From: Gemmatimonadota bacterium
GTDB taxonomy: Bacteria > Gemmatimonadota > Gemmatimonadetes > Gemmatimonadales > Gemmatimonadaceae
NCBI GenBank assembly: GCA_040389905.1
Contig: JAZJZK010000014.1
Location: forward strand, 1 to 64,000
Direction: 5' to 3'
Length of the DNA stretch: 64,000 bases
The position numbers and the translations under genes are program-made. A model generated the notes under the pieces. That model saw only the letters and a list, made by a program, of their open reading frames with translations, was not told where the DNA came from and made no database searches. Positions 9,383 to 18,933 of the stretch are shown here, in pieces; positions within the stretch are counted from its first letter, which is position 1; each line of letters begins with the position of its first letter.

Positions 9383-12074
9383 TCGGTAACGATAGATGGA
9401 GCAGGCACGACGGATCGTGACGGTCTCCTCGAAGATAGACGAATTCTCCGTGCGCGCCGGAGAGAACGAGCTGGCCCCGCCGGCGTGCTCGGCCGGACAC
9501 GACGTCGTTGATCACGACATCGATGGCGAGATCCGTGACGGCGCCCGAGAAGTACAGCGTCGCCTCGAGATGATAGCCGGACGAGAGCGCCCTCCACGTT
9601 GCGTCGACGACGAGATCATTGGCCCATCCACTCACCGGCCGTTGGTCGACGGCTCCGCCGTTGGGGACCAACAGCAAACCTGCGCTGCGCCCGCCAGCGA
9701 GCGCGTACAGCTGCACGCTATCGCCATTGATCGACGCCGGCTCGTTGTCGAGCTGGTTTTCGGTGGTGATCGGGACAAAGAGTCGCTGTGAAGTCGGAAC
9801 GTCGACCAGCACGCGCACGGTGCCGGGCGCGGGGTGGATGATATCCACTGTGGCAACTGGGCCCCCCGCTCCCTGCCAGGTGAATTCGGAACGTCGGTAG
9901 TGCGGTTCGCCGAGGGCGAAATGGGCTGGCAGGGCGATCGGCGCGGCGAAGGGCTCTCGCTGCGGAAGCGCCTGCGACGTCGTTGCTGGACGCTCAACCT
10001 CGCCACGGAGTTCGACGATGCCCGCCGCGCCATCCGCCAGTTCGACGAGCCAACTCTTCGACGCACGGAGATGACGATCTCGCGTGCCGTCCGTCCGGTG
10101 CACGATCAGTGCGTCACCGTCGCGTTCGAACGAGCTCACGGCGTTGTTCCAACTCCAAACCGTCACGAATCGCCCATCGGCTGACTGGTGGCGCACCAAG
10201 GTGAGCGGAACGCGACGATCGCGCCCGGGGGCGTCGGGCGCGAGCGCCGTCCACAGCATGGTTGGATGCGACCCGATGCCGATCCCATGAATCGAGGCAC
10301 CGTCCTCTGCCTTGCCGAGAAAACCGATCGGTTTGTCGGGGGTTGCGTCGATCTTCGTGAGGTGTCGCAGGAAGCTGAATCCATCCTCGGCTGCGGCGCC
10401 CACGGGAGGCGGCGTCGGCATGAAGCGACGGCGTTCAGTCGGAAGGACGCCATGAATTGGAAGCATGACTTCGTGGACGGCATCGCCAGACCAACGGAGA
10501 TCATCGACCAGATAGTCGTCGAGGACCACCACCGTGCGTTCCACCATGCAGCCTGGAGCAAGTTCGACGTGGGCACTGACCCACGCGCCACGCGGCTGCA
10601 CATGCCATGCGATCAACTCGCCGTGCACGCGCGGCTGCGAATGTCCGTCGAGGAGAGGCGCATTGTGCGCGAGCGTGCTGCGATACCAATGGAGCGACGC
10701 GTCGACGTACGAGCCGGTGCCGGGGTCATCGAACCACCGGTGCGCCCCGTCCATCAACGTAAGGTTGAGGCGATCGGGATGTCCGTGCCCGCCGCCCGAG
10801 TGTCCGTAGTCGAGCGAGACATACAGCCGTCCCTCGTTGCGCCGAATTACGGCAAGCCCCTGCGCCGGAAGCAGATCCGATTCGAGTGGACGCGCAACGA
10901 GCGGCGGCAAGGACGGCCGTGCGAACAGAAGCGTACGCCAGGAGAGATCCTCGCGTCGCAGCCCCGTGCCGGGAAGATTTCGCTCGACGTCGGCAGACGT
11001 CGAGTCTCGACCGGTGTCGCCGCGAGGCACGCTCGGGTCGTACAGCCGCGCGAGCATGCTCGTCAAACGATCATCGTCGCGCGCCGCCAAGCCGAGTTCG
11101 CACGATTCGGCAAATCTCGGCTGTCGGACGCTGATGGCGTACTGCGAGTCACGCCGCGCCGGGTACGTGAGGTCGGGGAGAATCGTACGGAAGGGAGAAA
11201 CGAACCCTTCGTGCATGCGGTCCGCGAGCGCCTTCGGTAGCTCGTGGCCAGCCGTTCGCGCGAGCCGCGTGGCGTACCAGAGTCCGCGGTGCGCGAAGAG
11301 ATGATAGTTCTCACCTTCGTACCAACTTCCGTCCGACAGCAGCGCGTGCTCGAGCTGGGCGTGCAGCCCACTCCGCGCATGCAGGATGCGGTCGAAGCGA
11401 ACGCGATCGTCGAGCAGGCGCGCCGCCGCGAGCAATGCGGCGTTGTTCCACACCTGACGGTTCGACATGCCCTCGTCATACGACTCGATCAGCGCGGCAC
11501 TCGGTGCGACGAGGCGATCACGCACCTTTGCGCCGAGCGACGCCATCTCCGGTGACGGGACGCCGATTTCCAGCAGATCCATTGCGATCGAGAGCTGGAG
11601 GAGCCAGATCGACTCGAGATACGTGGAGAAAAATGGGCGCGACGGGCCCAACACGTTGTCCGCGTTCGGATAGCGCAGATACTGGTCGGCATACTGGTCG
11701 AGAAGCGAGGTCGCACTCACGACGCATTGACGTTCGCCGGTCAGCGCGCCGAGGAGCGCTGCATGGAGCACACGCTCTGCCAGCCAGAGCTGATACCAGT
11801 ACAACCGAAAACGGTCGTGCAATCCACCGGCATACTCCTGCCCGCAGAGCGCGCAGAAGTGCCGGGGGTCGTGCGGATCGAACACGAGCAGCGACCCATC
11901 CAGCGTGCAGCGACCGCCGGTCCGGCTGAGCAGCGCCTTTTCGCGCGGCACTTCAGGCAACGCATCGATCAACGGCGCCAATTCCTCGCGGAGTCCGTCG
12001 ACAAGGGGCGCAAAGGCAGTCATCGCCACGCCACGCCGCGTCGAAAACTCGGCCCCGGTCAACAGGAGCGTCAC
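9375..12074 (-). CDS. Heparinase II/III-family (oligosaccharide lyase-like) protein with an extra C-terminal domain
   Basis: NRQVWNNA, DGSWYEGENYH, GGGHGHPDRLNL, DPGTGSY, WYRSTLAHN; N-terminal Cys pairs (RC..FCALC). Confidence 0.75.
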   Translation of the reverse strand: MTLLLTGAEFSTRRGVAMTAFAPLVDGLREELAPLIDALPEVPREKALLSRTGGRCTLDGSLLVFDPHDPRHFCALCGQEYAGGLHDRFRLYWYQLWLAERVLHAALLGALTGERQCVVSATSLLDQYADQYLRYPNADNVLGPSRPFFSTYLESIWLLQLSIAMDLLEIGVPSPEMASLGAKVRDRLVAPSAALIESYDEGMSNRQVWNNAALLAAARLLDDRVRFDRILHARSGLHAQLEHALLSDGSWYEGENYHLFAHRGLWYATRLARTAGHELPKALADRMHEGFVSPFRTILPDLTYPARRDSQYAISVRQPRFAESCELGLAARDDDRLTSMLARLYDPSVPRGDTGRDSTSADVERNLPGTGLRREDLSWRTLLFARPSLPPLVARPLESDLLPAQGLAVIRRNEGRLYVSLDYGHSGGGHGHPDRLNLTLMDGAHRWFDDPGTGSYVDASLHWYRSTLAHNAPLLDGHSQPRVHGELIAWHVQPRGAWVSAHVELAPGCMVERTVVVLDDYLVDDLRWSGDAVHEVMLPIHGVLPTERRRFMPTPPPVGAAAEDGFSFLRHLTKIDATPDKPIGFLGKAEDGASIHGIGIGSHPTMLWTALAPDAPGRDRRVPLTLVRHQSADGRFVTVWSWNNAVSSFERDGDALIVHRTDGTRDRHLRASKSWLVELADGAAGIVELRGEVERPATTSQALPQREPFAAPIALPAHFALGEPHYRRSEFTWQGAGGPVATVDIIHPAPGTVRVLVDVPTSQRLFVPITTENQLDNEPASINGDSVQLYALAGGRSAGLLLVPNGGAVDQRPVSGWANDLVVDATWRALSSGYHLEATLYFSGAVTDLAIDVVINDVVSGRARRRGQLVLSGAHGEFVYLRGDRHDPSCLLHLSLPNA

Positions 12075-13684
12075 ATCCCACCCCCGCCAGCCGCCGCGAG
12101 GCGCCAGTCGTGCAGCGTGACGAGCTCACCCCGCAGATCCATTTCCGCCCCAAGCACACGTTTGGAAAGGCCTTGCACGCCACGGGAGTGATAGAGCCAC
12201 GTGGCCGGTGCGAGCGAATCGAGCGCAAACTGGACATCGCGCCACGCGGCAACACGGGCCGCTCCTTCCGGTGCGAGCGCCGCGCGATCGAGCAGCGAGT
12301 CGAGACCGGGCGAGTGAAAGCCCGTGTAGTCGAGCGTTGAAGACTTTTGGGCGCCGGAAAACATTGCATTCACATATGAGAGGGCGAGATCGCCCGGAAT
12401 TCCAGCGACGAGCATGTCGTACGTCTTCGATGTTGCGCGCGCTGACGTGAGAAAGGCACCCATTTCCGTTTGGCGCACGGTTACGACGATGCCACGCGCG
12501 GCGAGGTCGCTCTGAATCAGCTGCTCTGCGATATTGTCGCCGCTACCGACGGTCAGCAACTCTACCACGAACGGACGGCCGGACCGGGCGCGTCGTCCAT
12601 CCGGTCCGCGGCGCCACCCCGCCGCGTCGAGGAGCGAGTCGGCCATCGCGGTATCTCGAGGCGTCGCTGGACTCCATGCGAGCGGATTGTCCGGCGACAC
12701 CGGTGACGACGACGGGCGACCGAACCCTGCAAGTCCGATCTCGACGATTCGGCCTCGCTCGATGGAGTGTGCGATCGCGCGTCGCACACGTACGTCGTCG
12801 AAGGGCGGCCGGGTGGTGTTGAAGCACAGCGCGGTACCGAAGAGGACGGGGTACGTCGAGAGCTGGAGGGCGGCGTCCCGCCGCACGAGAGACGCCATCG
12901 TGGGCGAGATGCCGGCGACATCGAGTTCGCCGCTCGCGAGGCCGGCGAATTTTGTCGTCGCCTCGTCGACGACCGCGACCACGAAGCCCGCCAGTGACGG
13001 CGGACCGCCGAGTGACGCGGGGAAGTGTTCGTTGCGAGTGAATGTCCACCGCGTTCCGCGCACTCTCGAGGCAAAGCGAAAGGGACCGTTCCCGACGGGC
13101 GCATCGTTGTAGGGGGCGGTCCGCATGGCGGAGTGTGCGATGTTCGCGAGCAGGTGTTGTGGAACGATCGGCAGCTCCGAGAGGAGTGCGGGAAGGCGAG
13201 CCTGTGCAGCGCGGTAGCGCAGGACAAGGGTGGTATCGTCAATAGCGAGCGCGGTGTCCAGGCTCGCCAGCTCCGCGGACCGAGGAAAGCCGGTCGCGGG
13301 ATCGCGCGCCGTCAGCAAGGTGAAGGCGGCATCCCGCGCCGTCGTGAGCACGCCATCGTGCCAGCGAAGGTCTGGTACGAGATGCAGCGTCAGCGTCAGC
13401 CCCCCGTTGCTCCATTCCCAGCGCCGCGCGAAGTAGGGCTGCGCCGCAAGCACGGCGTCGTATCGGGTGAGCGTGACGAAGAGCGCGTAGCGCTGCACCT
13501 GACGTGAGAGCGGATGGACCGTGACCAGCGGATTCGCGGACTCGAGGTCCGCGCCAGAGGCCATGACCAGGATACCGGGATCACGTTGCGGTGCGATGCA
13601 CGCGAATACCAGCACGCATGCGACGAGATGCACGCTGCGCGCGATACGCCGCGTTGACGACTCCCGCGCCGCGTGCGATATCAC
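12071..13684 (-). CDS. ABC transporter substrate-binding lipoprotein, family 5 (Opp/Dpp-like); start uncertain (GTG 13684 or 13633)
   Basis: Lipobox VLVFAC, LRWHDG..TARD, PVGNGPF, FNTTRPPFDDVRVRRAI, LDAAGW. Confidence 0.85.
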   Translation of the reverse strand: MISHAARESSTRRIARSVHLVACVLVFACIAPQRDPGILVMASGADLESANPLVTVHPLSRQVQRYALFVTLTRYDAVLAAQPYFARRWEWSNGGLTLTLHLVPDLRWHDGVLTTARDAAFTLLTARDPATGFPRSAELASLDTALAIDDTTLVLRYRAAQARLPALLSELPIVPQHLLANIAHSAMRTAPYNDAPVGNGPFRFASRVRGTRWTFTRNEHFPASLGGPPSLAGFVVAVVDEATTKFAGLASGELDVAGISPTMASLVRRDAALQLSTYPVLFGTALCFNTTRPPFDDVRVRRAIAHSIERGRIVEIGLAGFGRPSSSPVSPDNPLAWSPATPRDTAMADSLLDAAGWRRGPDGRRARSGRPFVVELLTVGSGDNIAEQLIQSDLAARGIVVTVRQTEMGAFLTSARATSKTYDMLVAGIPGDLALSYVNAMFSGAQKSSTLDYTGFHSPGLDSLLDRAALAPEGAARVAAWRDVQFALDSLAPATWLYHSRGVQGLSKRVLGAEMDLRGELVTLHDWRLAAAGGGGM

Positions 13685-13687
13685 CGA

Positions 13688-14674
13688 GTGCGCTTCTCCG
13701 ATCTCGCGCGCGCGCTCGGTCGCGCGGTGCTGCTGCTGTGGTGTGTTCTGTCGCTCACCTTCGCGCTCCTCAGGCTGGCGCCGGGCGATCCAGCCACCTT
13801 TCTCCTTCCACCAGGCGCGAGTGCAAGCGACGGCGCTCGCATGCGAATGGAACTCGGTCTCGATCGCCCGATGGCCGTGCAATATGCACAATGGCTGCGC
13901 GCATCGCTCGGTGGACATCTTGGCGTGAGCTTTGTCGACCGACGCCCAGTGCAAGCCGTCATCGCGGACGCGTTGCCGGTGTCACTTGCGCTTGGTGGCG
14001 CGTCGCTCGTGCTGTCGTTCGTGGTGGGAATCGCAATCGGTCTCTTCCAGGCGTCGCGAAAGGGAACGCGCGCCGACGTCATGCTGACGATCGCCAGCGT
14101 GTTGCTCGTGGCGTCGCCGGCCTACTGGCTCGGACTCGGTGCCATTGCGTGCTTCACCTATCTGGCATCGTCGTGGAGTCTCCCGCTGATGATGCGACTC
14201 CCCGCGATAGGAATGACTACCCCCGGTGCGGCGCTTTCCGGCTGGCCGCACCTCGCTGACCTCCTGCGCCATTCGATCCTGCCGGTTACGCTGCTTGCCG
14301 CCATCGGCGCCGGTGGTGTAGCGCGGTATGTACGAACCGGCGCACTCGACGCGGTGGGCGCCGATTGGATGCGTACCGCGCGCGCGAAGGGAGCGTCGGA
14401 TTGGCGGGTCTTTCGGCACCATCTGCTCGCGAACTTGCGTGCGCCGATGCTCACGCTGTTCGCCCTGGCACTTCCCGGAACGGTGGCGGGGTCCGTCTTC
14501 GTCGAAACGATTTTTGCCTGGCCGGGAATGGGACGATTGATGGTCACCTCGATCGTCGGGCGTGATTACCCGGTGGTCATGGGCTGCGCGGCGGCGTTCG
14601 CGCTCCTCGTCATCCTCGCGAACCTGACCGCGGAAGCCCTCCTCCCGTGGGCGGACCCGCGGACCCGCGGATGA
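13688..14674 (+). CDS. ABC transporter permease (DppB/OppB-like); start approximate
   Basis: LAPGDPA, GLDRP...QY..W, GHLGVSF, EAA loop MRTARAKG, ETIFAWPGMGRL, RDYPVV, ADPR. Confidence 0.9.
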   Translation: MRFSDLARALGRAVLLLWCVLSLTFALLRLAPGDPATFLLPPGASASDGARMRMELGLDRPMAVQYAQWLRASLGGHLGVSFVDRRPVQAVIADALPVSLALGGASLVLSFVVGIAIGLFQASRKGTRADVMLTIASVLLVASPAYWLGLGAIACFTYLASSWSLPLMMRLPAIGMTTPGAALSGWPHLADLLRHSILPVTLLAAIGAGGVARYVRTGALDAVGADWMRTARAKGASDWRVFRHHLLANLRAPMLTLFALALPGTVAGSVFVETIFAWPGMGRLMVTSIVGRDYPVVMGCAAAFALLVILANLTAEALLPWADPRTRG

Positions 14675-15522
14675 AGCGGCTCGGCGCACATCGGCTGGAC
14701 GGTCGAGAGTGGTTTGCTCATGGGGTGCTCATCGCACTGGTGCTCGGCGTCATTTTCGTTCCCCTGCTCTCGTCGCGCGATCCGCTGAGAATCGACGATG
14801 TCCTCGCCAAACGCCTGTTGCCTCCACTCGCGCGCGATTCCAGCGGCGGGTGGCATTTGCTTGGGACCGACCGCTTTGGGCGCGACCTCTTCGTTCGAAT
14901 GATGCTCGCCGGGCGTCTTTCGCTCCTTGTTGGCGTCGTCGGGTCGCTTGTTGCTGGAGCGATGGGCACCGCACTCGGCGCGCTTGCGGGATGGCGAGAG
15001 GGATGGATCGACCGAGCGGTCACGTCAGCCGCCGACGTGTTGCTCGCGCTTCCGCGGCTGGTTCTTCTACTGGTGGGTGTAGCGCTGTGGCAGCCTGGCC
15101 TTTCTACTATTCTTGTCGTCCTGGTGCTGACGGGCTGGATGGGTATTGCGCGGCTGGTTCGCACGGAGGTCATGGCAGTGCGACGCCGGCCGTTCGTGCC
15201 CGCGGCGACTGCGCTCGGCGCGACATCGACGCGCGTACTTCTCCGACACGTGCTCCCCAATGCCGTCGGGCCGGCGCTCGTTGCCACGACACTGGGTGTC
15301 GGCAATGCGATCCTGCTCGAGAGTGGGCTGTCCTTTCTGGGATTGGGGATTCAGCCGCCGGCGCCGAGTTGGGGCAACATGATTGCCGGTGGCCGCGATT
15401 TGCTGGTGGTCGCGCCGTGGGTTTCGCTTGCGCCCGGCCTCGCGCTCGTGATCACCGTTCTGGCGACGACACTGCTTGGTGATGCGTTGCGCGATCGGTT
15501 GGCGGGGGAACGCGTCAACTGA
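14671..15522 (+). CDS. ABC transporter permease (DppC/OppC-like)
   Basis: HLLGTDRFGRD, AATALGA, RHVLPN, ESGLSFLGLGIQPPAPSWG, LGDALRD; ATGA overlap with the upstream permease. Confidence 0.9.
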   Translation: MKRLGAHRLDGREWFAHGVLIALVLGVIFVPLLSSRDPLRIDDVLAKRLLPPLARDSSGGWHLLGTDRFGRDLFVRMMLAGRLSLLVGVVGSLVAGAMGTALGALAGWREGWIDRAVTSAADVLLALPRLVLLLVGVALWQPGLSTILVVLVLTGWMGIARLVRTEVMAVRRRPFVPAATALGATSTRVLLRHVLPNAVGPALVATTLGVGNAILLESGLSFLGLGIQPPAPSWGNMIAGGRDLLVVAPWVSLAPGLALVITVLATTLLGDALRDRLAGERVN

Positions 15523-15545
15523 GTGGTAGTCCGCTCGTGATCGCG

Positions 15546-18164
15546 TCACCGAACGAGAATCGTCACGATTTCGAGCGGCTCGGCATCGAATTGCACGATG
15601 CCGTCGGCGACGGTGAGCGCCGCAATGGGCGTCTCGTCAAGACGCGCCTTCACCGCCTCCGTGCAATTTGGAATCCCGGCTAATCGCCACGCGCCGCGGA
15701 CCGCTTCGTCTCGCCGGTTCACACAGCGCAGCATGATCCAGCCGTCTTGTTCGGCCGGCGCGGCGGCGCTGAACGCCACGCCATTTCCGCTCAGTTCCAG
15801 CCCGCCTGCCCTGATCGGCGGCAGAAGGTTCGAGCGCAGTGTCTCACCAGACAGCGGTACGAGTGCGTCCTCGGCAAAGCGCTCGATCGCATCGCGAACG
15901 TCCGGAGAATCCGCGCCGAACAGCGTTAGCGCGAAGCGGGCCGCGTAGGGTCCGGGACATTGCGCGCCGGGAATGGGGGCGGGCCATCCCGCGTGCCCCG
16001 GTCGCTCTTGAAGATCGGCACGCGACAACTCGCCGATGGATCGGACCAATGTCACGCATATGCTGTTGGCTGTGGATTCGTATTCCGCGAGCCCGTCGGA
16101 CGCGAGCGCAACGCCTTGGCGCGACGTGAACCGAGCGACCCAGCGATGCAGTGGCGCCGTGGGGACGACATGTTCGACCGCGGCATCGATCTCGGGGATC
16201 TCAAGGTGCTCGCGTGTCACAGAATGAAAGGCGGCGTCGGCAACCGTGGCAGCGTCCTCGAGATCGGTCGCGAAGCAGATACGAAGGCGGTGGTCACGAT
16301 CGCGATTCTCACCGTCGACACACACGCGCAACGAGCGCGCGTCCGCGTCGAGTTGAAGCTTGAGCCGGCAAGAGCTTCTGCCGCGACGACCGGCTTGCGC
16401 CTGTTGGAAATCAATCACGATCTCACCGCGAATCGGCCCCTTCTGCGTGACGCGCACGCGCCGAGCTACCGGGGCGGCGAGAGTCTCTCGGATGGCGGGA
16501 GTGTACGAATCGCCGACGTCGCGAGCACGCTCGAGCGCGATGACGTTGCGAATTGTGCGACGCATCTCGTGGTCGATCAGCGTGACCGAACCGTCCGCAC
16601 TGACGTCGACGCGGACGCGCCCATTGTCGAGCGACGCCTCGCCCGACACGACTGGATTCGGGATCGTCACCGAGGCCGGCACACCGTGGAACCGTGTTTC
16701 GACCGCATATCCTCCGAGCGGCGAAACCCAGCCGACGGCCTGCGCGACCGCGACGCGGTCCGCATCCGGATATGCGCGTGGTGACTCGGTCAGCGCGATC
16801 TCTTCCGACCGCGCGAGCACTTGCAGCGGAATGCCGTCGATGCCCCACGCGGGAACGCGCCGCCGCACTCCCTGACGCGTCGCGGAACCGGGACCGACGG
16901 CGACATCGGCGATCGTCGCGCAGAGTCTGAGCTCGACGACGCCACCGCGTGCACGCGCAACCGGATTACGGAGTACCACCGCCGGGCGCCAGTCAGACTG
17001 CCGGTGACGAGCCAACTCCGCGTCATGGCTGATGAGCGTTTCCAGTGCAGTGCGACGAAGGGCGTGCGCCTGCCGTTCCGCCGATGCGACGCGCTGGTCG
17101 AACGCGATGCCAACCGCATCGACCGAGGTGCCGCAGAGCGTGTCGTGCGGATGCGCGGTGAGGAGGGTGCGCCATGTGGTTGCGAGCAGCGCACGTGCTG
17201 CCGACGCGCCGTCACCACCTGCGAGCGCGACCCATGGCTCTGTGTCTCGGATGAGCGTCCGCTCAGCGCGGGCATTGTTCCGCTTTTGATGTGCGCGCGT
17301 CGCGAGCGTGCCCTGCAGGGTCCACGTGTAGCCGTAGGAGTCGCGAAGCTCGCCGCGAATGTGTGGAACGTCGGAGGCTGCGGCTCCATTGTGCAGCGCT
17401 CGGGCCGCATCCGCCAGCGACGCGCTCACGATGCGAACGGGCGACGCGACGCGTGCGAGGGACTCGAGCGCCAGCGGCAAGTCACGCTGTCGCGCGTGAT
17501 GGTCTGCTCCGTTGAGGAGGATGCCACGACCCGTCGTCGCGCGGGGTGCCAATGCGTCGGTAATACACGCCCATCGCCGCCGCGCATCCTCGAGGTTCGC
17601 TGGAAGACTGCTGCCGAATTCGTATCCGTCCTGCGGAAGATGATAGACGAGGACCGATGCTCCTCCCGCTCCATGCCACCACACGACATCGGACCGAGGC
17701 GCCCGTGAACCGCCGAATCCCCTCCACAGCACCAGCATGGCACAGCCGAAACCCGCCGCAAGGTCGGGCAGCGCGGCGGGATGGCCGAAGGAGTCCGGGC
17801 AATAGAGCACGGCGGGCGGCTCGCCTCGCACGCGGCGCACCGTCGATCGCCCGATCATCAGATTGCGCACGAGCGCTTCACCGCTGGGAATCAGTTCGTC
17901 CGGGAGCACGTACCATGGACCCGCCTCGAGACGACCGTCGCGAAGGAGTGCCGCAAGCTCGGCGGCTCGCTCGGGCCGCACCGTGAGGTAGTCATCGAGC
18001 AGAATCGATTGACCGTCGAGCAGAAAGCTCCCGCTCACGGGTGGCGTCTCCAACAACTCATCCACGAGCTGTACCAGCCGCTGCCGGAATTCGGCATCCG
18101 TGTGATACCACTCCCGGTCCCAATGCGTGTGGGATACCACGTAGAGCTCGGTCAGCGTAGTCAT
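15546..18164 (-). CDS. Glycoside hydrolase family 38 (alpha-mannosidase-like)
   Basis: SHTHWDREWY, FLLDGQ, GPWYVLPDE..SGEALVRNL, PDSFGH, NGADH, HPHDTLCGTS. Confidence 0.9.
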   Translation of the reverse strand: MTTLTELYVVSHTHWDREWYHTDAEFRQRLVQLVDELLETPPVSGSFLLDGQSILLDDYLTVRPERAAELAALLRDGRLEAGPWYVLPDELIPSGEALVRNLMIGRSTVRRVRGEPPAVLYCPDSFGHPAALPDLAAGFGCAMLVLWRGFGGSRAPRSDVVWWHGAGGASVLVYHLPQDGYEFGSSLPANLEDARRRWACITDALAPRATTGRGILLNGADHHARQRDLPLALESLARVASPVRIVSASLADAARALHNGAAASDVPHIRGELRDSYGYTWTLQGTLATRAHQKRNNARAERTLIRDTEPWVALAGGDGASAARALLATTWRTLLTAHPHDTLCGTSVDAVGIAFDQRVASAERQAHALRRTALETLISHDAELARHRQSDWRPAVVLRNPVARARGGVVELRLCATIADVAVGPGSATRQGVRRRVPAWGIDGIPLQVLARSEEIALTESPRAYPDADRVAVAQAVGWVSPLGGYAVETRFHGVPASVTIPNPVVSGEASLDNGRVRVDVSADGSVTLIDHEMRRTIRNVIALERARDVGDSYTPAIRETLAAPVARRVRVTQKGPIRGEIVIDFQQAQAGRRGRSSCRLKLQLDADARSLRVCVDGENRDRDHRLRICFATDLEDAATVADAAFHSVTREHLEIPEIDAAVEHVVPTAPLHRWVARFTSRQGVALASDGLAEYESTANSICVTLVRSIGELSRADLQERPGHAGWPAPIPGAQCPGPYAARFALTLFGADSPDVRDAIERFAEDALVPLSGETLRSNLLPPIRAGGLELSGNGVAFSAAAPAEQDGWIMLRCVNRRDEAVRGAWRLAGIPNCTEAVKARLDETPIAALTVADGIVQFDAEPLEIVTILVR

Positions 18165-18242
18165 CGCGATGAAGCTACATGCAGAGAGCGCCGCGATCTA
18201 TTCGATCGCGGCGCTCCAAGCTGCATCCGTGGAACCGTGACG

Positions 18243-18392
18243 CTACGCGATCTTCTGTCCGGTGATCAACCGGTAGACGATCACGATGAGTGCAATGACG
18301 AGCAGCACGTGAATGAGTCCGCCGCCGATGTGCACCACGAAAAAGCCAAGTGCCCAGAGGATGAAGAGGACGATCGCAATGGTGAACAGCAT
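18243..18392 (-). CDS. Small membrane protein, lmo0937/DUF5670 family (49 aa)
   Basis: MLFTIAIVLFILWALGFFVVHIGGGLIHVLLVIALIVIVYRLITGQKIA matches the family pattern. Confidence 0.85.
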   Translation of the reverse strand: MLFTIAIVLFILWALGFFVVHIGGGLIHVLLVIALIVIVYRLITGQKIA

Positions 18393-18495
18393 GTCGTGAG
18401 TCCCCAATTGAGAGTTAGTGTGGCGCTTCGGATCCCTGCAAAGGCAACGATCGTACCGGACGCATCGGAAAACGTGCTGGAGTCTGCTTATCTCT

Positions 18496-18933
18496 TCAGC
18501 GTGGTCCAGGCAATTCTGTTTCGACGCCGGGCCCATGCAGCGCGCGCGACTGGCGCGCGAGCAGGATGCGCGCCGCGCGCACGTCGTGTCCGACATCGAT
18601 CAGGAGGATCGCGAGATCCCCGACGCCCCATAGCAGACCGGCGAGGACAATGAGTCGGCTCGCTTCACCAAGGAGGGTGGGCATTGCCGCACCACCTTGC
18701 GCCATGAAGCCGGTCACGATCTCCGCGAGAAGCAGCAGGCCGAGTACGACACCCATCAGCTTGAAGAGCTTCGAGAGGTACCGGAGGCCAACGTACGGCT
18801 CCAGGTCGCTTTGGCGAATTCCCGGTATTTCCACGGGCACGTCGTCGGGCTTGAGTGCCTTACCGAGGCGGTCGATCGCCCCCTTCACCGTCGTTTCCAT
18901 CGATCCATCGTGTGCCCGCCGTAGTTCACTCAT
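18496..18933 (-). CDS. Hypothetical two-TM membrane protein
   Basis: Two hydrophobic segments, C-terminal LLIDVGHDVRAAR; ATGA-coupled to the upstream peptidase. Confidence 0.7.
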   Translation of the reverse strand: MSELRRAHDGSMETTVKGAIDRLGKALKPDDVPVEIPGIRQSDLEPYVGLRYLSKLFKLMGVVLGLLLLAEIVTGFMAQGGAAMPTLLGEASRLIVLAGLLWGVGDLAILLIDVGHDVRAARILLARQSRALHGPGVETELPGPR

